Positions 8,094 to 17,195 are shown, counted from the stretch's first letter. The stretch is 24,000 nucleotides of DNA from Escherichia coli (GCF_002310715.1 NZ_CP023384.1); one strand, 5' to 3'. Notes: generated by a model not told the origin, from the letters alone. Made by a program: numbers and translations.

Positions 8094-10340
8094 ATGAGTG
8101 ATGTCAGAGAACAGCATATGGATGGCAACGATAGTCCTATCACAAAGATGGAAGAAGATCGTTACGGTTTCGGTATCCTAGCGGAAAAACTTGCACACAG
8201 CATCGTCAGTATGGACAGAAATATCAGTACGGTGATCGGTATCGAAGGGAAATGGGGAGCAGGTAAAACCAGCCTGCTAAATCTGTTGCTGGAAAAAATG
8301 GTTCCGCTTATCCCACCAAAAACTCACGTCCTGAAAATTTCCCCCTGGCTCAGTTCCTCCGGGAAATGTACCGTCGACAGTCTGCTCACACCGGTGGCTG
8401 CAATCCTTGATGAGGAGGACGCAAAGGAATTGTGCTGGTTGCACAGAAAGTACCGCCAGCTGCGGAAAAAAACGTCCCCTCTCGCCAACGACATGCTTCG
8501 TTACGCACAACAGGCGTCCGGCCAGATAGCACCACTGGCAGAGTTCGCTGGTAACTGGATTCCCGGTGCAGGTTTTGTCGCCAGTGGTCTGAAAACGGTT
8601 TCTTCCACGAATCTGTCTGCCCGGCGGAAAACCACCGCCGAATTGAGAGATGAGATAGAAAATAAAATGACCCATCTGAAAGTCAATTTTATTGTGGTGC
8701 TCGACGATCTTGACAGACTGGAACCAGCCCAGGCCGTCGAAGTGCTGCGCCTGATTCGCTCCGTGGCGGACTTTTCCGGATTTCACTATGTCATGTGCTA
8801 CGATCCCATAGTACTCGGCCATGCCATTGAGCACGGGCTGGGAGTAACCGACGGCAGAGCCTACCTCCAGAAAATTATCCCGCTTTCATTCAGTATTCCA
8901 CTACCGGAGTCTTTCGATCTCCGGCGGGAGTTCCTGGCCGGCGCCGTGAAACTCTATACCTACGTTAATGGCGCACCACCTGATTTCGCTCTGTATCGGG
9001 ATCTAAAATCCGTTACTGAACACTTCGGGGCTGCCCTGACTACCCCCCGGGAAGTCAGGCTGGTACTGAATAGCCTGACATTTCGCTACGGAAGCATCCG
9101 GGAACACGTCTGGTTCCCGGACCTCTGTCTGCTGCAACTACTCCGGGTTACGTTACCCGATCTGTATCTCTGGGTAGAACGCTACTTAACTGAATACGCT
9201 GTTTTCGCCTCCAAAATCGGATCGGCTTTGGCTCGGAAGAAAGACGCTCTGACGTCAGAACTACAAAAATTACTCTCCGAATTACCTCCTGTGTCAACGT
9301 TGTCCGTGACCGAACTTGCTAAATGGTTGCCCGGAATCGAGGAAGAGAAAGAGGGCAATATTGTTCTCTTCAAACTATATCCAGAACAGCACCAAACGGA
9401 ACATGACACAAACAGAAGACTTCGTAGTGTTTTTTACTGGCGCTTTTATTTTGCTTTTACTGCCCCGGGGGATGTCCGTTCGCCAGACTTTTTCAACCGG
9501 TTGCTCATGTTGGCAGGCGATCCTGACCGTCAGCGTGAGCTAAGCGAACTTCTCTTGGGTGAGCTGGAAGAAGCAGGTTTATCCTCACTGACATGGTTTG
9601 AACACATTATTAGCAGGCTCACCATGGAAATGCTCTCCCAGGCAACTCCCGCACAATGCTTGGGATTACTACGCTTTATATTCATTAATGGCACAAAGAT
9701 CTCTAGGTATTATCGACAGCGCGGTGGGCTCATGAGACTGGAGTCGGTAGGGTTGACAGATCTGGCGGACAGGCTTTTTCAACTTATCCCTAAGGCCAGC
9801 GCCAAAGAGGGTATCGACTGTTTGAGTCGTGCCCTGCAAGATCAGCAGGCGTTCAGCTGGGCCATAACATATCTTCGTCATCTTCTCTGGCAAAATGGTC
9901 TGGTCGGTACGCGCCCCATACCACAGGATAAAAGGATACTCGGTGATGATGATTTAAGACATTTGTGTCAACAGGCTGCAGAATGGCTGGAAAATCCAGA
10001 TAACCAAGAAGTGATTCTGGCGAATGGGGAACTGAATGATTTGGTGTATGCCTGGCAGGAAATCAGCACCACCAAATCTGTTGCGGCGTGGCTAACCTCA
10101 GTAACAACCGACAAGGATGATGTTTTTCTCAAGATCCTGCTGCGGCTGCATTATGACGGTATCCGGACTAATATTGGCCATTACCAGGGACTGAAGCTTA
10201 GTAGCCTGGGTGAATTCTTTGGCGGAGAAGAATATATTCTGAAGAGATTAGCTAAAATTGAAGCTAAAGGGCAGTGGACTGAACTGACCAGTAAGGTAAG
10301 GAAAGCTATCGAACTCGACTCTCCTGGCATTCCCCGATAA
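8094..10340 (+). CDS. KAP-family P-loop NTPase, 748 aa
   Basis: Walker A GIEGKWGAGKTSLLNLL, Walker B FIVVLDDLDRLEP, and KAP-type VEVLRLIRSVADFSGFHYVMCYDPIVLGHAIE and YLQKIIPLSFSIPLP. Starts 1 nt after the upstream stop (TGATATG). Confidence 0.92.
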   Translation: MSDVREQHMDGNDSPITKMEEDRYGFGILAEKLAHSIVSMDRNISTVIGIEGKWGAGKTSLLNLLLEKMVPLIPPKTHVLKISPWLSSSGKCTVDSLLTPVAAILDEEDAKELCWLHRKYRQLRKKTSPLANDMLRYAQQASGQIAPLAEFAGNWIPGAGFVASGLKTVSSTNLSARRKTTAELRDEIENKMTHLKVNFIVVLDDLDRLEPAQAVEVLRLIRSVADFSGFHYVMCYDPIVLGHAIEHGLGVTDGRAYLQKIIPLSFSIPLPESFDLRREFLAGAVKLYTYVNGAPPDFALYRDLKSVTEHFGAALTTPREVRLVLNSLTFRYGSIREHVWFPDLCLLQLLRVTLPDLYLWVERYLTEYAVFASKIGSALARKKDALTSELQKLLSELPPVSTLSVTELAKWLPGIEEEKEGNIVLFKLYPEQHQTEHDTNRRLRSVFYWRFYFAFTAPGDVRSPDFFNRLLMLAGDPDRQRELSELLLGELEEAGLSSLTWFEHIISRLTMEMLSQATPAQCLGLLRFIFINGTKISRYYRQRGGLMRLESVGLTDLADRLFQLIPKASAKEGIDCLSRALQDQQAFSWAITYLRHLLWQNGLVGTRPIPQDKRILGDDDLRHLCQQAAEWLENPDNQEVILANGELNDLVYAWQEISTTKSVAAWLTSVTTDKDDVFLKILLRLHYDGIRTNIGHYQGLKLSSLGEFFGGEEYILKRLAKIEAKGQWTELTSKVRKAIELDSPGIPR

Positions 10341-10424
10341 TCACTATATCTGCTCAGGAAAGAGCAACCGAGAAAACCAACTAAGCTAAGGCGGATTGTA
10401 TACTTCTCCATACGCTGTCTCATA

Positions 10425-10446
10425 GGCCCATAGCGGGCCTTTTTTT
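10425..10446 (+). terminator. Intrinsic terminator after the KAP operon
   Basis: GGCCC-ATAGC-GGGCC hairpin followed by TTTTTTT. Confidence 0.7.
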
Positions 10447-10461
10447 ATAAAATGAACAGAA

Positions 10462-10650
10462 TCAGGCGATAAACGCCTTTTCTTTATCAAAAAGAACACC
10501 GACATACGCCAGTTCGCTCAGCAGTTTGCGTTTCCATCCACCATGTTCATCAAGCTCAGTATAAAGTACGCCTGCGAGATCGGAAGGTATTTCGATATCC
10601 TCCTTCTTGAGAAAAAGCACTTTCCCGCTACCAAGTTTACAGGGGGCTCG
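10462..10650 (-). pseudogene. C-terminal fragment of a TIR-like (CAP12/PF10137-type) nucleotide-binding domain protein
   Basis: Open frame RAPCKLGSGKVLFLKKEDIEIPSDLAGVLYTELDEHGGWKRKLLSELAYVGVLFDKEKAFIA*, resembling the LG..RV..LKK...E.PSDL.GV.Y......W...L..EL block. In-frame stop at 10651-10653; no start codon or N-terminus. Confidence 0.5.
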
Positions 10651-10844
10651 CTAAATCATCATCATACCTGACCAGACCTTCCTCGCAGGCTGTTTCGAGT
10701 AAGGGACTTATTTTCTGGGGTTTCTCAGTCACAAAAGTAACTTGATATTTAGTGTTAGCGCCAGTTCTGAGTGTCGCGACAGCGTTTTCACCTTTTCACA
10801 TAGCCATCTTTCCAGGGATTTCAGTCGCGGAGCAGTTCAGTTCT

Positions 10845-13532
10845 TTAACTGAGAATACGCTCATATCGCGAACGGAATGCTTTTTCACCACCTTCCATTT
10901 GCCGACAAATAAGTGCCTTCATCGGCGTCTCCTGAAGCGATCCACAAAGTCCCGGATACAGACCTGTACGATCATGTTTCATACTGATAACGTATTCCGC
11001 ATCACCATTCACCACGATCGGTGCAGAATGAGACACGATAATCAGCTGCCGGCGTTTCTTATTCGACATGATGGCAGGGATCACCCCCGAGCTCAGCATC
11101 AAGCAGTCCAGGTCGTCCTCCGGCTGATCGAGCAGAAGTGGATCGGTGCCATAAGACAACAGGAATTGCAGCATGCTCGCTCCTTTTTGTCCTGGGGAAG
11201 CAGAAGAAATGTCTTCCATCTGCCCTCCGGGAGTCCGATAACGGATGTGAATGCCGTCATCCGGATACCAGCATTGCAGGGCATCAAGCTGTCCGTCATT
11301 CAACGCCTTAAGACGATTTCTGAAGGTACCATGAAGCCCCCCCCCAACCCCAGTATCCTCGGAGCGGATAGCAAAGTGCAACGCTTTAAGTTCATCCAGT
11401 AACGCATATTTCCTCTCCGTTGCGGCCGGCAACGGAGAGAACGGACGCTCACTGATGAAATCGTAAAGCAACCCACTTTCGTTATCGTGATCGTAGATAC
11501 GTTCGACAAAACTGCTGATGCCGGTAACAGCCTGATAGTCAGCCAGAATATCCTCATGGGGCGCGCAAAGAGGCAGAATCTTGATGTCCAGATCGCTAAG
11601 TGACAGAGAAGACAAGAATGCCTTTCGGTTTTCTGTCAATGCCATCCGATGAGTGCGCATTTCAGCCAGCAACTGCTCCGAACGAGCCACCGAGGTGGTG
11701 ATCATTCCATCAAGGCCGTCGTAGTTTTTAAGCTCATTCTTCAACGACTCACAACGCTCCATCAGCTCGTTAAGTACATCCGGATTAAGTCCCTGAGCCC
11801 GCAGAGCAACAGCCTCATGCTCAACATTCACCTCCTGATCACGAACGGTTTCCCCGAGAGTTACAAAAGGATTATCTGCCCTGACGGCGCTAAGTTCAGT
11901 GGCACATTCTGTCAGAAGGGCGTGGAGACGCTGGCCATAATTTTGTTGTACGGACGACAGGTGCGTCATAAATACCTCCAGCGACTCGGACGGTGCCAAC
12001 GGAGTTACTGAAACCGGCAGAGGTTCCTCCAACAACGCCAGCAGGGCCGCAATACGTTGCTCATATAACTCAAGGGAGGTGGTTGCTGCTGACAGTTCAG
12101 CCCGGGCTACAGCCAGTCTGGTGCAAACTGGATAGTATGCACTTGACTGCAACTGACTGACGGCGCGTTCAGCATCGGATAACTCCCCCTGCAGCGCCCC
12201 CGCACTCACCTTCCTAGCCAGATAGCCACGCAGCGTAATTTGCTCATTTAGATAATCCCTTTCCAGCTGATCCCAACGTTCTTTCCAAGCCCGTTTGTTG
12301 ACAACCGGACTCTCGTCACAAACGCGCAAGAATGCTCCGGAGTCTGAGGCCAGTTCATAAAGCATTTTCTGGCTGTAGATCGAGAGTGGAAAACGGTCGG
12401 CCGACCAGTGACTGTCAGGAACCCATTCTCCTTCGCTGAAAATATGTAAGTCATGGTTACCATCAGGCCGCCAGCTAAGTCTGAAATCAGTGCCGTCTTT
12501 GCGGTACACACATTCAATGAAGGAGTCAGCATCCATTCCCCCCCCTATTCGACTGAACTGTTCCAGCTTTTTACTCTGCCCCTGGGTTAATCCTTCGTTT
12601 TTTCGCATAGCAAGACGAATGCTTTCGATGAGCGTAGATTTACCGCTACCTCGGGAGCCAATAACGGCGTTATAAAACGGACTGAATTCCACAATAGCTG
12701 CCTCCTGCTCAGCAGGACGACAGTGGCGGGTTCTGAACTTCAGGCTACGCAGATGTGAAGCCGGATTCTCTGGCGGTTTTTTGTCAAACAATACGCAATT
12801 CTCCGGATCGAGCAATGCATGCTTGAGACCGTAGAAATCAGGTGAAGACATCTTCAGCCAACAGGTTCGTACACCTGCATTATCAGTATGATGTGCATCA
12901 GAGCCCCGAAGCCACGGTAGATCCTGGATAAGACGTTTGTGGGTACCGTCAGTAATATTGACCGCACTGTGCCGGATCTCCACCGCATGGGGTTTTTCGC
13001 GAAAAGCCGCTTCAAGTTCGCCCTGATTAGTCAGGCTTTTTAACACCCCTTTAGGTGCGTCGATGTGCGCAAGTATACACAAAGCCTCCGGATTACGGCG
13101 GATAACGTTGATAATACCAGCAGAACCCAACTGAAGAACAAGCTGGTGATTATAAACATCTCGCGGGATGGGACAGTTATTGTTGCACTGGCCGATAAGT
13201 CTCTCTACATCGGCACTGGTGCTTTGCGTGTGCAGTATGGCTAGGATATGGACATTTCCGGTAGCGGTCAGTTCCACTCCAGGGAACAAAGTCAGAGGGC
13301 GAAAGCCAGGCAAGCCACAGGTAGTCGCTTCCTGGCGCATCCGCTCCAATTCATCTTTCAACGTGTCGACCCATGCGCCACTATTATGATCGCTGATGAC
13401 AACACAGTCGACCTGTTGCCGCATGTAAGCCAGAAGCCAGTCTCTGGGAGTGACGCCTGAAATCCCGTAATCATCCGAAGCAGGCGTATGGTTATGAAAA
13501 TCAAATTTGTACCAGCGTGATCCTACCGACAT
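10845..13532 (-). CDS. TrlF-like protein: N-terminal PHP phosphoesterase + SMC/ABC-like ATPase, 895 aa
   Basis: PHP motifs DFHNHTPASDD, VVISDHNSG, GVELTATGNVHILAILH, HIDAPKG and GSDAHHTD. ATPase motifs VIGSRGSGKSTLIESI (Walker A), SPGQKGASMLQFLLSYGTDPLLLDQPEDDLD (signature/Walker B) and IIVSHSAPIVVNGDAEYV. Confidence 0.88.
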   Translation of the reverse strand: MSVGSRWYKFDFHNHTPASDDYGISGVTPRDWLLAYMRQQVDCVVISDHNSGAWVDTLKDELERMRQEATTCGLPGFRPLTLFPGVELTATGNVHILAILHTQSTSADVERLIGQCNNNCPIPRDVYNHQLVLQLGSAGIINVIRRNPEALCILAHIDAPKGVLKSLTNQGELEAAFREKPHAVEIRHSAVNITDGTHKRLIQDLPWLRGSDAHHTDNAGVRTCWLKMSSPDFYGLKHALLDPENCVLFDKKPPENPASHLRSLKFRTRHCRPAEQEAAIVEFSPFYNAVIGSRGSGKSTLIESIRLAMRKNEGLTQGQSKKLEQFSRIGGGMDADSFIECVYRKDGTDFRLSWRPDGNHDLHIFSEGEWVPDSHWSADRFPLSIYSQKMLYELASDSGAFLRVCDESPVVNKRAWKERWDQLERDYLNEQITLRGYLARKVSAGALQGELSDAERAVSQLQSSAYYPVCTRLAVARAELSAATTSLELYEQRIAALLALLEEPLPVSVTPLAPSESLEVFMTHLSSVQQNYGQRLHALLTECATELSAVRADNPFVTLGETVRDQEVNVEHEAVALRAQGLNPDVLNELMERCESLKNELKNYDGLDGMITTSVARSEQLLAEMRTHRMALTENRKAFLSSLSLSDLDIKILPLCAPHEDILADYQAVTGISSFVERIYDHDNESGLLYDFISERPFSPLPAATERKYALLDELKALHFAIRSEDTGVGGGLHGTFRNRLKALNDGQLDALQCWYPDDGIHIRYRTPGGQMEDISSASPGQKGASMLQFLLSYGTDPLLLDQPEDDLDCLMLSSGVIPAIMSNKKRRQLIIVSHSAPIVVNGDAEYVISMKHDRTGLYPGLCGSLQETPMKALICRQMEGGEKAFRSRYERILS

Positions 13533-13713
13533 AGTTCTTTTTCCGTATCATTTCAAAAGTTTTTCCACTATAGAAGCTATCATGTGTTTTACCTAGGAGG
13601 ATGAAGCTCAATGGAACGGAAACGTACACTAGTGAAATAACAGTCTGATATATCAAGACATAATTGACATAGAAAAATGTCTTTAAAATGGTGCCTTTTT
13701 AATCGATGTTCTA

Positions 13714-13919
13714 TCAGCGTGACATCGGTAACAGATGGTTAGTACCGAGGCTGTCTGCCCAGACCTGGTCACGGAACCAGGTATTATGCTGCCGTTCAAC
13801 GGTCTGGCGCATAAAATCCCTGATTAACTGGGAGCCATTACGATCCATGCTTTTTGCAGGGCCATAAAAGCATCCTTCAGTTCAGCGTCGATTCTTAAAC
13901 TCATATTAACCTGTGCCAT
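13714..13919 (-). pseudogene. yacA: yacA-like RHH antitoxin remnant
   Basis: Starts MAQVNMSLRIDAELKDAFMAL then needs a frameshift to read SMDRNGSQLIRDFMRQTVERQHNTWFRDQV, then diverges. No intact YacB-like toxin follows. Confidence 0.7.
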
Positions 13920-14449
13920 TTATCACCTCGTCATTACTACGTATATACACAGTATATGACGATTCAGATATCGTCACCAGGATATGCCGCGTCAGCGGCA
14001 TGGAAGGCGGCACGCTGTGGTTACATATGATACCGGAGTAAAACCGCCGAAGCCCGGCGTAAGCCGGTACTGATTGATAGATTTTGCCAATCCCATCCCC
14101 GCCCTGCTAAGCCATACCCGCTTTCAGTCATGAGATAGCTTTTGTGCGCGGTCGGAGTGGTCCCGACAAGGGTTTACCCGAAGTCGGGGCGTATCTCCGC
14201 GTTAGCGGGCCGTCAGGGCCGCTTACGAGCGTGTACTCAATACTTCCAGCCAGAAGACTGACAGCGATGAAGATGATTAGTTACAGCATTCATAATTAAA
14301 AGCGACTCTGTTCCGGCCCTTTGGGCCGGGGCGGGGCCGCTTTTCAGTTATGAGGAGGGGCTTTGTGGTTTCAGTTCTGCGCGGGACTTGGGCTTTTCTG
14401 GTGGTTGTATCTGAGTGTTGTAACTAAAGTGGCTCCGGTCGGGGCCCGC

Positions 14450-14660
14450 CGCTTGCGGTGGGAGGTGCATATCTGTCTGTCCAAAGGACAGGCAGTGAAT
14501 AGGTTTTCTTTTTAAATGAATGTAGTTAAGTAGTTTAAAGGAGATATAAACAGGTGTTTAAAAGATACATTGCACCCTGTAAGGCTGGCGGATGGCGCTT
14601 TATGACATGAACGGTTGTAACCTTATGGGGAAGTCCCTTGCAGTTAAATGTGGATAAGCA
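14450..14660. other. oriR: RepFIIA-type replication origin (oriR) region
   Basis: Lies 3' of repA, AT-rich (TTTAAATGAATGTAGTTAAGTAGTTTAAAGGAGATATAAACAGGTGTTTAAAAGATAC), bordered by a DnaA box; closely resembles R1/R100 oriR as I recall it. Confidence 0.8.
14649..14657 (-). promoter_or_regulatory. DnaA box of oriR
   Basis: TGTGGATAA, perfect reverse complement of TTATCCACA. Confidence 0.85.
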
Positions 14661-14832
14661 AAATTCCTCGTCTGTGAGGCGTGTTTTGTATCAAAAACAG
14701 GAGGGACCGGATGCACCTGAAGGTGGATGGTGAGGTTGTTTTTTGTATGTGGTGCTGATTTTTTGTGCACTGACGGGCTTCAGGCGTGCGAATGCCTCCG
14801 GTGCGGGCCGGATTATTCAGAGGAGGTCACTT

Positions 14833-15690
14833 TCAGGGGGAAGCTGTGGCCAGCCGGCTGTAATTACGGTTACGTGACAGAATCATGCGCTCTTTCACAC
14901 GACGCTCCACTTCGCGTTTTACCGCCTCACGATTGGCAGTGAAGCGCCCTTCCGAGATTTCACGCGTCAGCTGCCGTTTCACCAGGGTGACGATATCCTG
15001 ACGTTCCCTGTTCGCATCACGACGCGCACGGGCACGCTTTATTCCACGGGACTTAAGCTCTGTCTGGTAACTGCGGAAACGCTCACGCACAAAACGCCAG
15101 GCTTTCGCTATCAGTTCATCCATACCCAGGGTATCCAGCCCCTGCTTTTTGCGCTGTCTGTTTTCCCATTCAACACGACTGCGGCGCGCAGCAACCACTG
15201 CATCCTCAGACACATCAAGGGCGGCAAATAACGCCGGTGTGAACGTGATATCGGTCGGAATGTAGCACCCGATAAGCGGATCATATTCCGTCTGGTAGGT
15301 AATCAGTCCCAGCTCTGCAAGGAACGTCAAGGCTCGGGAGGCCCGGGTGATGGAGAGTTTTCCGGCAGCAGACTCCGTCGCCAGTCCGCACTCAATGGCC
15401 AGCGTAGTGATGGAGCACTGGACGCGGTTGGCCAGCGGGTCATAGTGAAAACACAGCCCCTGCAGCAGCGCATCAATAGCCCGGCGACGCAGTACCGGTG
15501 GCATGCGCCGACGCAGTCCCTTCGAACGGGCATGTGTCACATGAATGGCGAAATCAAAACGGGAGGTGAAGCCCACCGCCTTTTCCATCAGTTTTTCGCA
15601 GAACTTCAGCGTTCCGGCACCTTCACGGGGTGTGAACACCGGATTCGGATTTTTAACCTGTGAATAGTATTTTTGAAGGAGATCAGCCAT
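14833..15690 (-). CDS. repA: RepFIIA-type replication initiation protein RepA (RepA1)
   Basis: [111 protein letters not shown]... matches IncFII RepA1. Track start 15705; internal ATG at 15690 is the likely start. Confidence 0.96.
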   Translation of the reverse strand: MADLLQKYYSQVKNPNPVFTPREGAGTLKFCEKLMEKAVGFTSRFDFAIHVTHARSKGLRRRMPPVLRRRAIDALLQGLCFHYDPLANRVQCSITTLAIECGLATESAAGKLSITRASRALTFLAELGLITYQTEYDPLIGCYIPTDITFTPALFAALDVSEDAVVAARRSRVEWENRQRKKQGLDTLGMDELIAKAWRFVRERFRSYQTELKSRGIKRARARRDANRERQDIVTLVKRQLTREISEGRFTANREAVKREVERRVKERMILSRNRNYSRLATASP

Positions 15691-16165
15691 GTCCCCCACC
15701 AACACTATTCCCCCTCCTACGGGCGGTAACTAGCTCGTCTGGGCCGACACGTAAAGTTTCGAACATATCTGGTCTGAACCAGATGGTTCCTCCATCAAAA
15801 GCGATGAGATGAAGATCATTATCAAGAGTTTTGAGGGCTCTCCAAACACGAGTGTATGAACCTCCACTACAAACTGAAAGCTCTTTAACAGATAAGTTAA
15901 CTTTGTTCGTATCAGGGATGTAGTGTGCGCACATTACTTGTACGAGGGAAACATAAAAACTAACCATCGACGCGCTGATTTTATTTTTACGTTTGCCATG
16001 CGCTATTGCAAGCAAACCTCTGATGAAGATCAGATGCTTGAAGGAGTCAAAATGAGCCCTTTTCTGGAGAAGGCTGCAAAACGGGTGAGGATACTTGCTG
16101 GAATCAATGTGAAGATCTGATTCAATCCCACCCGCTATTACTGAATGTGTTTCATGATTAGCCAC
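15683..16165 (-). CDS. Winged-helix, RepA-N-terminus-like protein encoded between tap and repA (~160 aa)
   Basis: Track ORF 15683..16177. The GTG at 16165 overlaps the tap stop. Contains [78 protein letters not shown]. Its TGA (15683-15685) is just past the repA ATG (15688-15690). Confidence 0.6.
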   Translation of the reverse strand: MANHETHSVIAGGIESDLHIDSSKYPHPFCSLLQKRAHFDSFKHLIFIRGLLAIAHGKRKNKISASMVSFYVSLVQVMCAHYIPDTNKVNLSVKELSVCSGGSYTRVWRALKTLDNDLHLIAFDGGTIWFRPDMFETLRVGPDELVTARRRGNSVGGGHG

Positions 16166-16232
16166 ACCATCCTGCACTTACAATGCACAGAAGGAGTGAG
16201 CACAGAAAGAAGTCTTGAACTTTTCCGGGCAT
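16158..16232 (-). CDS. tap: Tap / RepA leader peptide, 24 aa
   Basis: ATGCCCGGAAAAGTTCAAGAC... translates to [24 protein letters not shown], nearly the R1/R100 Tap peptide. Confidence 0.85.
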   Translation of the reverse strand: MPGKVQDFFLCSLLLCIVSAGWCG

Positions 16233-16249
16233 ATAACTATACTCCCCGC

Positions 16250-16337
16250 ATAGCTGAATTGTTGGCTATGCGGTTTTATGGGGCCCCGGTAATCTTTCTA
16301 GTCGCCAAACTTGAAGAAGATTATCGGGGTTTTCGCT
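16250..16337 (+). ncRNA. copA: CopA antisense RNA (replication control)
   Basis: Promoter TTGAAC-N17-TATACT (16215-16243). Transcript GCATAGCTGAATTGTTGGCTATGCGGTTTTATGGGGCCCCGGTAATCTTTCTAGTCGCCAAACTTGAAGAAGATTATCGGGGTTTTCGCTT corresponds to R1 CopA with its terminal stem-loop and U run. Confidence 0.9.
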
Positions 16338-16463
16338 TTTCTGGCTCCTGTAAATCCACATCAGAACCAGTTCCCTGCCACCTTACGGCGTGGCCAGCCA
16401 CAAAATTCCTTAAACGATCAGCAATCTACCACTCACTCCTGAGATAAGCAAGAATGTGAATAT

Positions 16464-16721
16464 TTACGAAGTCGCTCTGCGTTTCAGCTCTGATTCAATC
16501 AGTTTTTCAAGCATCTGCGCCTGAGTAATACCTTCCTCATCCGCCAGTTCACTCAGCCTGTCTTTTAACCGGGCCTGAATAACCGCATGAAAAGCCTTAT
16601 GAGTGTTGCTTCTGCGAGCCAGAGAAGCTCTTTGCCTCTCTCTGGCCGGAACAGGGTTACCTTTCCGGTATGTACGCTTGGTGCCTGATGAGGAAGTCAC
16701 TGCATTTTCTGTCTGCGACAT
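16464..16721 (-). CDS. copB: Replication regulatory protein CopB (RepA2)
   Basis: [85 protein letters not shown], CopB/RepA2 type, in its usual place upstream of copA/tap/repA. Confidence 0.93.
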   Translation of the reverse strand: MSQTENAVTSSSGTKRTYRKGNPVPARERQRASLARRSNTHKAFHAVIQARLKDRLSELADEEGITQAQMLEKLIESELKRRATS

Positions 16722-17004
16722 CTCGCCTCCTCAATTCTCAAACAGGGATCGTTTCGCAGAGAATACTACAGTTTTTTGAAATCAGCGACTTGAAAGTTGT
16801 GACGATGATCTGTGTTGGCGCACAAATCATGTCTGATTACGACCGTTTAATGTGATTTTGATAATGAAATGACTGAAAAGCTGGAAATGCCTTAGCCAGG
16901 GTGCCGGCCCCGGGCGGGACCGGCTGTTTCTGGTATATAGGGTGTCTGCCCCTGAAATACCTCACACTTCCGGAAAGCGGGGACTTCCGTCCCCGCCCGG
17001 CAGC

Positions 17005-17154
17005 TTACTTCCGTGCTTCGTAGGCCAGAGTTACCTGCACCACTGTATTTCCTCTGTGAATATTCAGCTCACATAACCGTTCCCTGAATATCAGTGAAAA
17101 ACACAACACCGTGGCGCACACGGCGAGCAACCCGATAAGGGCATATTTCGTCAT
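17005..17154 (-). CDS. srnB: Hok-family small membrane toxin SrnB
   Basis: MTKYALIGLLAVCATVLCFSLIFRERLCELNIHRGNTVVQVTLAYEARK; overlapping in-frame leader reading frame MKYLNTTDCSLFFAERSKF... starts at 17211. Confidence 0.93.
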   Translation of the reverse strand: MTKYALIGLLAVCATVLCFSLIFRERLCELNIHRGNTVVQVTLAYEARK

Positions 17155-17195
17155 AAACTTTGACCTCTCAGCAAAGAAGAGGCTACAATCAGTAG

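Noticed and set aside
7229-8143. Minus-strand ORFs of 90 and 179 aa and the plus-strand 69-aa ORF in the RHH gene
   Set aside because: Entirely within the better-supported, SD-led, coupled 7001-8092 gene; no recognisable domains.
11649-12675. Plus- and minus-strand small ORFs inside the TrlF-like gene
   Set aside because: Internal to an intact 895-aa gene with all motifs; no independent evidence.
13605-13637. Good SD plus a 9-codon ORF (AGGAGGATGAAGCTCAATGGAACGGAAACGTACACTAGTGAAATAA)
   Set aside because: Could be the decapitated start of a transposase-like gene, but too short to assign to an element; no inverted repeats found.
15327-15663. Small ORFs overlapping repA (68 aa minus, 72 aa plus)
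   Set aside because: Alternative-frame shadows of RepA.
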